DNA from: an uncultured Solirubrobacteraceae bacterium
Lineage (GTDB): Bacteria; Actinomycetota; Thermoleophilia; Solirubrobacterales; Solirubrobacteraceae
NCBI GenBank assembly: GCA_964588985.1
Contig: CAZPQW010000001.1
Coordinates: 64,001 to 128,000, forward strand
Direction of reading: 5' to 3'
Length of the DNA stretch: 64,000 nt
In this document: piece by piece, positions 48,327-57,240 of the stretch
How positions within the stretch are numbered: position 1 is the first letter of the stretch
How the letters are laid out: every line of letters starts with the position of its first letter
The notes under the pieces: generated by a model
What the model was told of the DNA's origin: nothing
The model's database searches: none
Seen by the model: only the letters and a program-made list of their open reading frames with translations
Position numbers and translations under genes: made by a program

Positions 48327-49556
48327 ATGGCGACGGTTGGGCGCGACATCGAGAGTGTGGAACTCACCGAGGAAGAGCTGTGGCACGACGGCCCGCCGCT
48401 CGAGGTCTTCAAGCAGATGCGCAGCGAGTGCCCGATCCACTGGACGGAGAGCTTCGAACTGTTCCCCGAGGAGGAGGGCTTCTGGTCGGTGACGACCGCC
48501 GACGACGTCCACACGGTGAGCCGCGACTTCAAGACGTACTCCTCAGAACGCGGCGGCGTGCTCGTCGCCGCGGCCGGCTTCCCGCTCGAGCTCGCGCAGG
48601 CGATGTTCATCGGCATGGACCCGCCCAAGCACGACCGCCTCAAGGCGCTGTTTCAGGCGGGCTTCACCCCGCGGCGGATCGCAGCGCACGAGGACGCGAT
48701 CAGGGCGATCGCGGTGAAAGTGCTCGACGGCCTCGAGGGACGTGACACATGCGACCTCGTCAGCGACGTCGCACAGCCCGTCGTCTCGCGCGTGATCGGC
48801 AGCTTCATGGGCATCGACGAGAAGGACGACGCGATCTGGGCTCGGCTGATGAACTCGACGCTCGGCGCCGCCGACCCCGACCTCAACCCCGACGGCTTCG
48901 AGGGCGCGATCGAGAAAGACCTCCCCGAGATCTTCGAGCGCTGCAGGGCGCTGATCGCCGACCGCCAGGCCAACCCCACGGAGGACCTCACGAGCGTGCT
49001 CGTCCACGCCGAGGTCGACGGGCAGAAACTGGAGGAACACGAGATCGTGATGGGCTTCTTCCTGCTGATGGCGGCCGGCAACGACTCCACCAAGGCCACC
49101 TACTGCAGCGGCATGCGCGCGCTGATGGAAGACCGCGACCAGATGCAGCTGCTGCTCGACGACCCCTCGCTGATCCCCAACGCCGTCGAGGAGTCGCTGC
49201 GGATGTTCCCCGCGTTCGCCCACTTTCGCCGCACCGCCACGTGCGACACCGAACTGCACGGCCAGAAGATCAAAGAGGGCGAGAAGGTGGTCATGTGGTA
49301 CGTCTCCTCCAACCGCGACGAGACGCGCTTCGAGAACCCCGACACGTTCGAGCTGCGTCGCAAGGAGGAGCACCAGGCGTTCGGCGCCGGCGGACGCCAC
49401 TTCTGCCTCGGCACCGCGCTCGCGCGCCTCGAGCTGAAGGTGATGATCGAGGAGACGCTCAAGCGCTACCCCAACATCGCGATCGACGGGCGGCCTGCCG
49501 CGGTCGAGTCGCTGTTCATCAACCAGCTGAAGACGCTGCCGGTGCGGCTGGCCTAG
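48327..49556 (+). CDS. Cytochrome P450
   Basis: MDPPKH, AGNDST, EESLR, FGAGGRHFCLG. Confidence 0.95.
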   Translation: MATVGRDIESVELTEEELWHDGPPLEVFKQMRSECPIHWTESFELFPEEEGFWSVTTADDVHTVSRDFKTYSSERGGVLVAAAGFPLELAQAMFIGMDPPKHDRLKALFQAGFTPRRIAAHEDAIRAIAVKVLDGLEGRDTCDLVSDVAQPVVSRVIGSFMGIDEKDDAIWARLMNSTLGAADPDLNPDGFEGAIEKDLPEIFERCRALIADRQANPTEDLTSVLVHAEVDGQKLEEHEIVMGFFLLMAAGNDSTKATYCSGMRALMEDRDQMQLLLDDPSLIPNAVEESLRMFPAFAHFRRTATCDTELHGQKIKEGEKVVMWYVSSNRDETRFENPDTFELRRKEEHQAFGAGGRHFCLGTALARLELKVMIEETLKRYPNIAIDGRPAAVESLFINQLKTLPVRLA

Positions 49557-49969
49557 CTCGCCGGTGCGGCCGACTGCGGCGAGGCGCAGAAGGCGCACTT
49601 GCGCGCCGCGCGGGGAATCTCACTTAGGCACTCGCTGCAGGGCCGGGTCTCGGACTCCACGTCCACTCCGGTCTTGCGGCGAGCCATCAGCGCGTTGACG
49701 GGCTGGACGACGAAGAAGAACACCGCTGCGGCGATCGAGACGAAGCTGATCACCTGGTTGATGAAGTCGCCGTAGAAGAAGCGGCTGTTGTGGATCGTGA
49801 AGGACAGCCCGCTGAAGTCAGGCTTGCCGATGATCGCCGCCACGATCGGCGTGAGCAGATCGCCCACCAGGGCTTTCACCACCGCCCCGAACGCCGCGCC
49901 GATGACGATGCCGACGGCCAGGTCGACGACGTTGCCTCTGAGCAGGAAGGTCTTGAACTCCTTGACCAT
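49553..49969 (-). CDS. mscL: Large-conductance mechanosensitive channel with C-terminal CxxC..CxxC
   Basis: EFKTFLLRGNVVDLAVG. Confidence 0.93.
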   Translation of the reverse strand: MVKEFKTFLLRGNVVDLAVGIVIGAAFGAVVKALVGDLLTPIVAAIIGKPDFSGLSFTIHNSRFFYGDFINQVISFVSIAAAVFFFVVQPVNALMARRKTGVDVESETRPCSECLSEIPRAARKCAFCASPQSAAPAS

Positions 49970-50055
49970 TACGCCCACCCCATGCTACTTGGCCGTGTGG
50001 CGGGGATCGCTTGACCTGCATCGGCGCGTCGCCGCTTGCCGGTAGCGTACGCGCC

Positions 50056-51039
50056 GTGATCGTCGATCGTGCCATTTACCGTGACGGCCGGCGCGTCGTG
50101 GGGCTTCGGGATCTTGCGGAGATGGCCGCGAGCTGTGGGGCTGATGGCGGGATCGCGTGGATCGGCTTGTATCGCCCGAGCGCGGAGGAGTTCGCCGAGG
50201 TCGCGCGTGAGTTCGCGCTGCACGAGCTGGCCGTCGAGGACGCGGTCAACGCGCATCAGCGTCCCAAGCTCGAGCGCTATGGGGAGACGCTGTTCTGTGT
50301 TCTGCGCCCGGCCCGCTACATCGACAGCACTGAGACGGTCGAGTTCGGCGAGGTTCACGTCTTTGCCGGTCCGCGGTTCGTGATCACCGTTCGTCACAGC
50401 GAGGCCCCCGATCTCGGCGATGTCCGTCGCAAGCTCGAGGCGCGCCCGGATCTCCTCCAGCGCGGCAGTGTCGCGATCCTGCACGCCATCATGGATCGCG
50501 TGGTCGATGACTACGGCCCCGTTGTCACGGGCGTCGAGAACGACGTTGACGAGATCGAGGACGAGGTCTTCAACCCAAGCGCCGACGCGTCGCGCCGAAT
50601 CTACGACCTGACTCGTGAGGTCATCCTGTTCCAGCGCGCGGTTAAGCCGCTGGTGGGGATGCTCGACCGGCTGATGAGCGACGCGGAGGTCGATGAGGAG
50701 GAGCGTCGGTATCTACGTGACGTCCAGGATCACGCGCTGCGCGTCCAGGACCAGGCCGACGGCTTTCGTCAGCTGCTGCAGAACATCCTCAGCGTCAACC
50801 TCACGCTGGAGACCAAGACGCTCAACGAGGTATCCAATCGGCAGAACGAGGAGGTCAAGAAGATCTCCGCTTGGGCGGCGATTCTGTTTGCCCCCTCCGT
50901 GGTCGGCACGATCTATGGCATGAACTTCCACAACATGCCCGAGCTCCACTGGCACTACGGCTATGCCTACGCGCTGGTCTTGATGGTCGTCGTGTCCACG
51001 ATGCTCTACGTCGTGTTCAAGCGTCGCAGCTGGATCTGA
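50056..51039 (+). CDS. corA: CorA Mg/Co transporter
   Basis: LHELAVED, HQRPKLE, YGMNF, MPEL. Confidence 0.92.
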   Translation: MIVDRAIYRDGRRVVGLRDLAEMAASCGADGGIAWIGLYRPSAEEFAEVAREFALHELAVEDAVNAHQRPKLERYGETLFCVLRPARYIDSTETVEFGEVHVFAGPRFVITVRHSEAPDLGDVRRKLEARPDLLQRGSVAILHAIMDRVVDDYGPVVTGVENDVDEIEDEVFNPSADASRRIYDLTREVILFQRAVKPLVGMLDRLMSDAEVDEEERRYLRDVQDHALRVQDQADGFRQLLQNILSVNLTLETKTLNEVSNRQNEEVKKISAWAAILFAPSVVGTIYGMNFHNMPELHWHYGYAYALVLMVVVSTMLYVVFKRRSWI

Positions 51040-51078
51040 GGCCGTCCGAACCCCAGCGGGCGGCTCGCCCGTCCCGTC

Positions 51079-52158
51079 ATGAGACTTGTTCACTACCTGA
51101 GCGTTTTCATCCCCGTTGCGCTGGCTCTTGACATCGCCGGCGCCTCTCCGGTGCTCGTGTTCGCCACCTCGGCTCTCGGGGTCGTGCCGACGGCCGCCAT
51201 GATGAGCGAGGCGACCGAGCAGCTCGCCGCGCGCTCGGGGCCGGGTATCGGCGGGCTGGTGAATGTCACGTTCGGCAACGCCCCGGAGCTGATCATCGCG
51301 ATCTTCGCTCTTGCGAACGGGCTGCAGGAGGTCGTCAAGGCATCGCTCGTCGGATCGATCGTCGGCAACTCCCTGCTCGTGCTGGGCGCCGCGATGCTGG
51401 CCGGCGGCTGGAAGCGCACGCGACAGACCTTCGATCGCACCGCGGCGCAGACGCAGACGGGGATGCTGCTGCTCACGGTGGTCGCGCTCGTGCTGCCCTC
51501 GGTCCTCGAGCTCGCCCACCACGCGAGCCTCCCGCGCGTAGCCGAAGTGCGCCACGTGTTCGCGCATGATGTCGAGCAGGTCTCGGTGGTGGTCGCTGTC
51601 GTGTTGGTCGCGACCTACGCCGCCGGGCTGTTCTTCTCGCTCAGGACCCATCGCGACCTGTTCAACCCAGAGGGCGAGTTGGAGGACTCCTCGAGCCTGT
51701 GGTCGATACGCCGATCCATCGGAACGCTCGCCGTAGCCGGGGCGCTCGTTGCGCTGATGAGCGACATCCTCGTCGGCTCGATCGAGCACGCCTCCAACGA
51801 CATCGGGCTCTCGCAGTTCTTCGTCGGCGCGTTCGTCGTCGCGATCGTCGGAAACGCCGCCGAGCACTACGTCGCCGTGGTCGCCGCGGCGAAGAACAAA
51901 ATGAACCTCGCCGTCAACATCGCGATCGGCTCCGCAGCGCAGATCGGGCTGTTCGTCGCGCCCGTACTCGTGCTGCTCTCCTTCGCGGTCGGCCCATCAC
52001 CGATGGCGATGGTCTTCAACGCATATGAGATCGCGGCGCTTCTGGCGGCCGGGTTGGTCGCGACGGCGCTGGTATCCGACGGCGAGTCAACATGGTTCGA
52101 GGGCATCCAGCTGCTCGCCCTCTACGCCGTGATCGGCGCCATCTTCTACGCAGCGTGA
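51079..52158 (+). CDS. Ca2+/H+ exchanger (CAX)
   Basis: TFGNAPE, GNAAEH, WFEG. Confidence 0.92.
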   Translation: MRLVHYLSVFIPVALALDIAGASPVLVFATSALGVVPTAAMMSEATEQLAARSGPGIGGLVNVTFGNAPELIIAIFALANGLQEVVKASLVGSIVGNSLLVLGAAMLAGGWKRTRQTFDRTAAQTQTGMLLLTVVALVLPSVLELAHHASLPRVAEVRHVFAHDVEQVSVVVAVVLVATYAAGLFFSLRTHRDLFNPEGELEDSSSLWSIRRSIGTLAVAGALVALMSDILVGSIEHASNDIGLSQFFVGAFVVAIVGNAAEHYVAVVAAAKNKMNLAVNIAIGSAAQIGLFVAPVLVLLSFAVGPSPMAMVFNAYEIAALLAAGLVATALVSDGESTWFEGIQLLALYAVIGAIFYAA

Positions 52159-52194
52159 CGGCAAAATGGGCGCGGCGGGTGCGGCTACGCTGAG

Positions 52195-53106
52195 CTAGAC
52201 CCAGCTCAGCGTGTCCTGATCCCAGTACGACAGGCAGCCGCCGTCGTCGGCCAGAAGCGGGTCGACGAACTCGATGACGCTGGCGATGAGCTCGGTCCAG
52301 TGTTCCGGTGGAGATGAGAGGTACGCCATTCGCTGGACCATTGCGGCATAGGGTTGCTGGCGGTCTGGCATGTTGGCTAGTGCTTCTGCCATCGGGATCA
52401 CGGCCTGTCGGCGGTGTTCAGCGACCCCCCGGATGTGCCGGCGGAGCTCAGTGGCGTCGAGGCGATGGCGGCGGCTGGTGACCCAGAGGTCGGCGAAGTC
52501 GCGATCGCGGGTGCTGGTCTCGCGACGTTGCATCGCGGTGACGATCTTCTCGGCGAGGTTCAGCGCGAGCGGGTAAGCCTGGAGTCGAACAGACGGGCGA
52601 TCGAGGACCGATTCGAGTTGTAGGACGGTCAACGGCCTGGGTCGCCGAAGGAGAAGTCCAGAGCGAATGGGATCTTCGCATTGCCGAGTGTGGCAACCAG
52701 CTTGCAGCGAACGCCTTGGTAGTCGTCGTCTTCGCGCATGACCTCGGTCCTGATGCTCGCCAGGTCGAACTCGACGCCGTCGGGAGGATCTGGAGCGAGG
52801 GTGGAAATACGCGCGACAGCGTCTCGGATGGTCTCCTGATCATTGGCCACGCCGTGCGTATATATCGTGCGTATATAGGTCGGCGTCTTTGGTCATGCGT
52901 CGGATGTTGTTGGCCGCCATCAGCATGCCGCCCTTGAGGACCATGCGGTCGGCGAAGTCGGATTGAGCTAGCCGTCGCAGGAACGACTCGACGGCGTAGA
53001 CAACGAGCAACCCTTGCGTGTTGCCACCGTGCTCGGCACGGGCCTTGGCCTGGAGTGCCTTGAACGCGTTACTGGCGGCCTGGTCGACGGCTGTCTGGGC
53101 GGTCAA
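52195..53106 (-). pseudogene. AbiEii nucleotidyltransferase toxin, two frameshifts
   Basis: VLKGG, RMTKDADL, DFSFGD, AEK, STRDRDFAD split over three ORFs. Confidence 0.85.
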
Positions 53107-53717
53107 CTGAGCAGTGCCTCCAGCACTGGCTGTAGCCGGGCGCTGCCACCAAGCTCTCTCGCCAGCTCAGCGAGGCGTGCAGGGCTAGCGCCTTTCCGCG
53201 CCATATAGCGGCGGAGCGCGTGCAGAGCAACGTCACGGCCGACCCAGCGAGACATGCGCATCGCGTCGACGATCGACCGCTCGGGCGAGTAGACCCAGAA
53301 GGGCTCGTCGGCGTCCGTGCGGGCCAGTTGGCGCTCGAGCTCGAAGGTGTCGGCGTCGAAGACGTGCACCCGGGTCGCGGGTTGGTCGATGCGCGGACGG
53401 TGCGCACCACGGGGGACGGCGAGGTGGACCTGCTGAGGGATCTCGTCAGTCAGATCCCAGAAGGCCAGTGCCGAGTTGAGGCAGATGGTGCCGCTCGGAA
53501 CCCGAGCCGAGACAACCGCCAGCCCGGACAGCATTCCCATACCGGCATCAGGCAGCTGCATGACGCCCCGGCCGACCGCGGAGAGCCTGCCGGCCTCGCG
53601 TAGTCGGTAGATCGTCGTACGGCTCACGCCGGCCTCCAGGGCTTCGGACACACGGAACGGCCGCTCGCCGAAGCGACCGCGCAACACTTCGATACTCGGC
53701 CGGGAACCAGATGGCAT
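53103..53717 (-). CDS. AbiEi type IV TA antitoxin
   Basis: N-terminal wHTH, ICLNSALAFWDLTDEIP, YSPERSIVD. Confidence 0.88.
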   Translation of the reverse strand: MPSGSRPSIEVLRGRFGERPFRVSEALEAGVSRTTIYRLREAGRLSAVGRGVMQLPDAGMGMLSGLAVVSARVPSGTICLNSALAFWDLTDEIPQQVHLAVPRGAHRPRIDQPATRVHVFDADTFELERQLARTDADEPFWVYSPERSIVDAMRMSRWVGRDVALHALRRYMARKGASPARLAELARELGGSARLQPVLEALLS

Positions 53718-53885
53718 GGGACAAATCCTACACATAGATACAGATGATGTGGAGGTTTTGTTCCACATGCCCCGAAAACACGCCGAGAATTCCAGCGTCG
53801 CGTGAATTGGCTGAGCTGGACAAACGGACCTTTGGCCGAAGCTCTCGGCCGTCCGCCGAGTCAATGCCGATTTGCAGGCACTTTA

Positions 53886-53957
53886 TGGGCGCGGCGGGTT
53901 TCGAACCTGCGACCTCTCGCGTGTGAAGCGAGCGCTCTCCCACTGAGCTACGCGCCC
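53886..53957 (-). tRNA. tRNA-Val (anticodon CAC)
   Basis: GGGCGCG/CGCGCCC acceptor stem, CTCGC-TT CAC AC-GCGAG, GTTCGAAAC. Confidence 0.95.
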
Positions 53958-54010
53958 TGGACGTCAGAGTCTATTGGCTTCGATCGGCACCGGCCGATCG
54001 GCACGACTCG

Positions 54011-54688
54011 TCAGGATCCGACCCGAACCCCCGTGTGGGGGTGCAGCCGGTCGCTCGGCTCGGAGTAGGTCTGCGCGAGCGCGTCCACTTCCTGCTGGGT
54101 GAGCGACGCGCCGAACGCCGCAGGGCCGCCGAGCTTGTTGTAGGCGGCGAGAAGCTGCTTGCCGATCTGCGCGAGGCCGAAGTGGGCGTCGTAGACGGTC
54201 GTGATGTAAAGGTTGACGTTCGCTCGGGCGAAGCGCGCGGCGGTCGGCGGTCCGTGTTCGATCTGGTCGATCGCCGCGCCGATCATCCGCCAGCCGCTGT
54301 TCGCGAGGACGATGAAGTTGCGAACCTCGGCGGCGAGCCCTGCTGCGGGTCCGGCGATGGCGGTGGCCGCGGGTTCTTCGAGCAGCGTCGGCGTGCGCAG
54401 CCTCGCCGCGCTCGCGGCAGCAGCTTCGATCGGCGGTCGCGGGATCGTGCTCGGGTCCGCCGGCAGCCCGTTGACGACAAGCGGCCATGCAGCTTTCGTG
54501 GCGGCGACCTCGGCGCGGATCGGGGCTGCCGTCTTGCTCAGCGCATGCGCGACCGCCGCGAGATCTTCGCGCTCGAGTCCCTGCATCGCCTGGTGGGCTT
54601 TCGTCTTTCCGCCACCACCACAGCCGCCGAGCGCGATGGTCGCAAGGCCCAGGACGAGCAACGCCGCGCGGTATACCGCGCGGCGCAT
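54011..54688 (-). CDS. Putative lipoprotein
   Basis: Lipobox LGGC after hydrophobic leader. Confidence 0.65.
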   Translation of the reverse strand: MRRAVYRAALLVLGLATIALGGCGGGGKTKAHQAMQGLEREDLAAVAHALSKTAAPIRAEVAATKAAWPLVVNGLPADPSTIPRPPIEAAAASAARLRTPTLLEEPAATAIAGPAAGLAAEVRNFIVLANSGWRMIGAAIDQIEHGPPTAARFARANVNLYITTVYDAHFGLAQIGKQLLAAYNKLGGPAAFGASLTQQEVDALAQTYSEPSDRLHPHTGVRVGS

Positions 54689-54730
54689 TGTGCTCCTACA
54701 GCTCTTGTGGTGCTTGGGCGTGGCCGCGGC

Positions 54731-55330
54731 CTACGTGCCGAGCAGGTCCACCACGAACACGAGCGGCGCGTTCGCCGGGATCGTGGGAGGCGAGCCTTTG
54801 ACCCCGTAGGCGAGTGCGGACGGGATGATCAGCTCGCGCCGTCCGCCCACCTTCATGCCCGCGACGCCCTGGTCCCAGCCGGGGATGACCTGGCCCTTGC
54901 CGAGCGCGAAGCTGAACGGTTCGCTGCGCTTCCAAGAGGCGTCGAACTCCTTGCCGCCTTTGTAGAGCACGCCGACGTAGTTGACGGTCACCGTCTGGCC
55001 CGCCTTGGCTTCGGCTCCGGTGCCCACGATCAGGTCTTTGGTCACCAGCTTGGTCGGCGCCGGTCCCGTCGGCACCGTCACCTTCGGTTCTTTGGACAGC
55101 GGGCCGCTCGTCGGCGTCTTCGCGGTCGCCGTCTTCGGCGTTTCGCTCGATTTCGCGTTGGCGCCTTCGGTGGACTTGATCAGCGCGTTGTCCGCGCTGT
55201 TCTCGTTGCCGACTGTGATCGTGCTCGAGCCGCCGGAGCTGCCGCAGCCGGCCAGCAGGGCCGTCGTGCCGAAGGTCGCGAGCACGAGGCCGGCGCGGGA
55301 GTGGAGGGAAAAGCCGTTGAAGTAGGTCAC
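54731..55330 (-). CDS. FKBP-type peptidyl-prolyl isomerase lipoprotein
   Basis: LAGC lipobox; VNYVG, FDASW, VIPGWDQG, IPSALAYG. Confidence 0.93.
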   Translation of the reverse strand: MTYFNGFSLHSRAGLVLATFGTTALLAGCGSSGGSSTITVGNENSADNALIKSTEGANAKSSETPKTATAKTPTSGPLSKEPKVTVPTGPAPTKLVTKDLIVGTGAEAKAGQTVTVNYVGVLYKGGKEFDASWKRSEPFSFALGKGQVIPGWDQGVAGMKVGGRRELIIPSALAYGVKGSPPTIPANAPLVFVVDLLGT

Positions 55331-55385
55331 GGTCGCGCAGCCTACCGGAACTTGACGGAGCGGTGGGTACGTTACGATCGGCGGC

Positions 55386-55658
55386 GGACCGTGCTAGGCG
55401 GGGAGGTAGCGGTGCCCTGAATCCGCAATCCGCTCTAGCGGGGCTGAATTCCCCTTCGAGGGGCTTTGGCTCCGGTCGCTCCGTCGCTCGGGGCGTCGAT
55501 GGTTCGGGTCCCGCGCGGTGTCGGCTTGCGAACCAGGTCAGGTCCGGAAGGAAGCAGCCTTAAGCGATCACCGACAGGCGCAGCGGGAGCTCCCGGACCG
55601 GAGTCGTGGGCGGCGATCGGCGCCGGGGCCAGGAGTCTCGACAAGGGGTGCACGGTCC
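55386..55658 (+). ncRNA. ffs: Signal recognition particle RNA, large (Alu-domain) type
   Basis: CCGTGCTAGGCGGGGAGGTAGCGGTGCCCTG Alu 5' end; helix 8 CAGGTCCGGAAGGAAGCAG; ends pair ggaccgtgc/gcacggtcc; near dnaX. Confidence 0.92.
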
Positions 55659-55679
55659 ATCAGCAGCCGCATGCCGCGG

Positions 55680-57170
55680 CTACGTACAGCGCTGGAAGAT
55701 CAGCCAGGAGCGGTTGGCGCCCTTCTCGGTGAAGCCGGGAGGAACGCTGACCGCCTGATGGGGGTCACGCGGGTCGAGCACGTAGTCGTCTTCGACCTCA
55801 TTGCTCGCCGGGTCGACGTAGATGCCGGTTGCGATGTGCCCCGTCTGCAGGCTCACGACACTGCGAGGGCTCGTCTTCAGATAGAGCGCCAGCAGTGGGA
55901 CGGGCGCGTGGTTGGGAACACCCACGGGCCCGCAGCGCAGGTCGATCGCGTGGTTGCGCACCAGCGCCACGAGGTCGCCTTCGATGCTCTGCTGGCGCGC
56001 CAGTTCGCCGAATTGGCGATCGGCGCTGCGGTACTGCGAGGGGGTGTACGCGATCAGCGCGAGCAGCACGATCGCGCCCTCCGCCATCCACCAGGGGCGC
56101 CGGGAGTCGCCCCGTGGCAGGCGTGTCCACCCGAACGCCCCCGCGCCGCAGAACACGCACAGGATGGCCGCCGCGAGAAACGCGTAGCGCGTGTTGATCG
56201 GCAGCCCCACGGTGGCGAACGCCGCGAACACCAGCACCGCGAGCAGGCCCGCCGCGGCCCCCAGGAGGGCACGGCTGCGCAGCCAGAGCAGGGAGAGAGC
56301 GCCGCCGATCGCCGCCCCGACGAGCACCGGTGGTCTGAGGATCTCGCCGATCCGCCTCGGGATGTACTCCGGCACGTTCGCGATCCCGGTGTAGCGGTGC
56401 AGCGTTTCGACGGTGTGCTGGGTGTTCGTCAGCGACCAGAAGGGGTGGCCCGTGATGGCGAGGTCGCTGAGGATCCACACGAGCGGTGCGGCCAGCGCAA
56501 GCAGTGTGAGCCTCGAACGAGCGACCTCTCGCGTGTGAAGCGAGCGCTCTCTCGCAGAGCTACGCGACCACCTCGGCACAAGGTCCATCAGATACAGCCA
56601 GTACAGCCCGGAGAATGCCCACGCCTCCGGGCGCAGCAGTCCGGCGAGCGCGAGCAGCGCGAGCACCGGCAGGCCGGACCCAGCCCTCCGGGCCGTGTGC
56701 CCGCGCCGGCGGGTCTCGACCAGCAGCGCGCCGAGCACCATCAGTAGGTAGGGGATGTCCACGTAGGCGCGCACGCCGTAGGAGAGCACCGGCACGCGCG
56801 TGAGGAAGATCAACGCGGCGAGCGCGCCGGCGGCTCGCCCGAACCACTCCGCGCCGAGCCGGTAGATCACCCAGCCGCACGCGGACAGCGCGAGGAAGCC
56901 GAGCGCGATCGTGACGTCGGCCACGGCGTGCGGCCCGAGCGGGGACAGCACGACCCCCAGCAGCTCCACCAGCGGGTGAGGGGTGGGGGCGATCGGCACG
57001 TCATAGGCGGGCACGGATCCGCGCGAGAGCTGCCCGCCCCACGCGAGCGCGTAGAGGGTGTCGTAGTTGACGAAGCCGACCCCCGAGATCACGCGCAGCA
57101 GCACCGCGCCCGCGGCGATCGTCAGCGGAGTGCCGAGAGTCCGCGCAAGTGCCTTCGTCGAGGTGCTCAT
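55680..57170 (-). CDS. Multi-pass membrane protein, GT-C glycosyltransferase-like
   Basis: NYDTLY, PTPHPL, LLRPEAW, many TMs; contains a tRNA-derived segment. Confidence 0.7.
   Translation of the reverse strand: MSTSTKALARTLGTPLTIAAGAVLLRVISGVGFVNYDTLYALAWGGQLSRGSVPAYDVPIAPTPHPLVELLGVVLSPLGPHAVADVTIALGFLALSACGWVIYRLGAEWFGRAAGALAALIFLTRVPVLSYGVRAYVDIPYLLMVLGALLVETRRRGHTARRAGSGLPVLALLALAGLLRPEAWAFSGLYWLYLMDLVPRWSRSSARERSLHTREVARSRLTLLALAAPLVWILSDLAITGHPFWSLTNTQHTVETLHRYTGIANVPEYIPRRIGEILRPPVLVGAAIGGALSLLWLRSRALLGAAAGLLAVLVFAAFATVGLPINTRYAFLAAAILCVFCGAGAFGWTRLPRGDSRRPWWMAEGAIVLLALIAYTPSQYRSADRQFGELARQQSIEGDLVALVRNHAIDLRCGPVGVPNHAPVPLLALYLKTSPRSVVSLQTGHIATGIYVDPASNEVEDDYVLDPRDPHQAVSVPPGFTEKGANRSWLIFQRCT
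56513..56569 (-). repeat. Partial tRNA-Val copy embedded in CDS
   Basis: 51/57 ungapped identity to 53901..53957 with a 31-bp perfect core. Confidence 0.9.
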
Positions 57171-57240
57171 CAGCGCGGACGCTATCCGCTCGCATCGGTT
57201 CCCGAGCCCGCTCACGCGCGCGGGTAGACTCAGGCGAACG

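Larger units (their letters stand above)
52166..53899. mobile_element. 1.7-kb islet at the tRNA-Val 3' end bounded by a 15-bp direct repeat
   Basis: atgggcgcggcgggt at 52166..52180 and 53885..53899. Confidence 0.8.

Noticed and set aside
52790-52825. SRVFPPS peptide shared with plus-strand translations of repeat A
   Set aside because: Nucleotide sequences differ and both are non-coding frames; coincidence.
56513-56569. Functional tRNA or attR of an integrated element
   Set aside because: Acceptor and T stems cannot pair; it lies upstream of the tRNA, lacks the 3' end, and the intervening genes (FKBP, ffs) are housekeeping.
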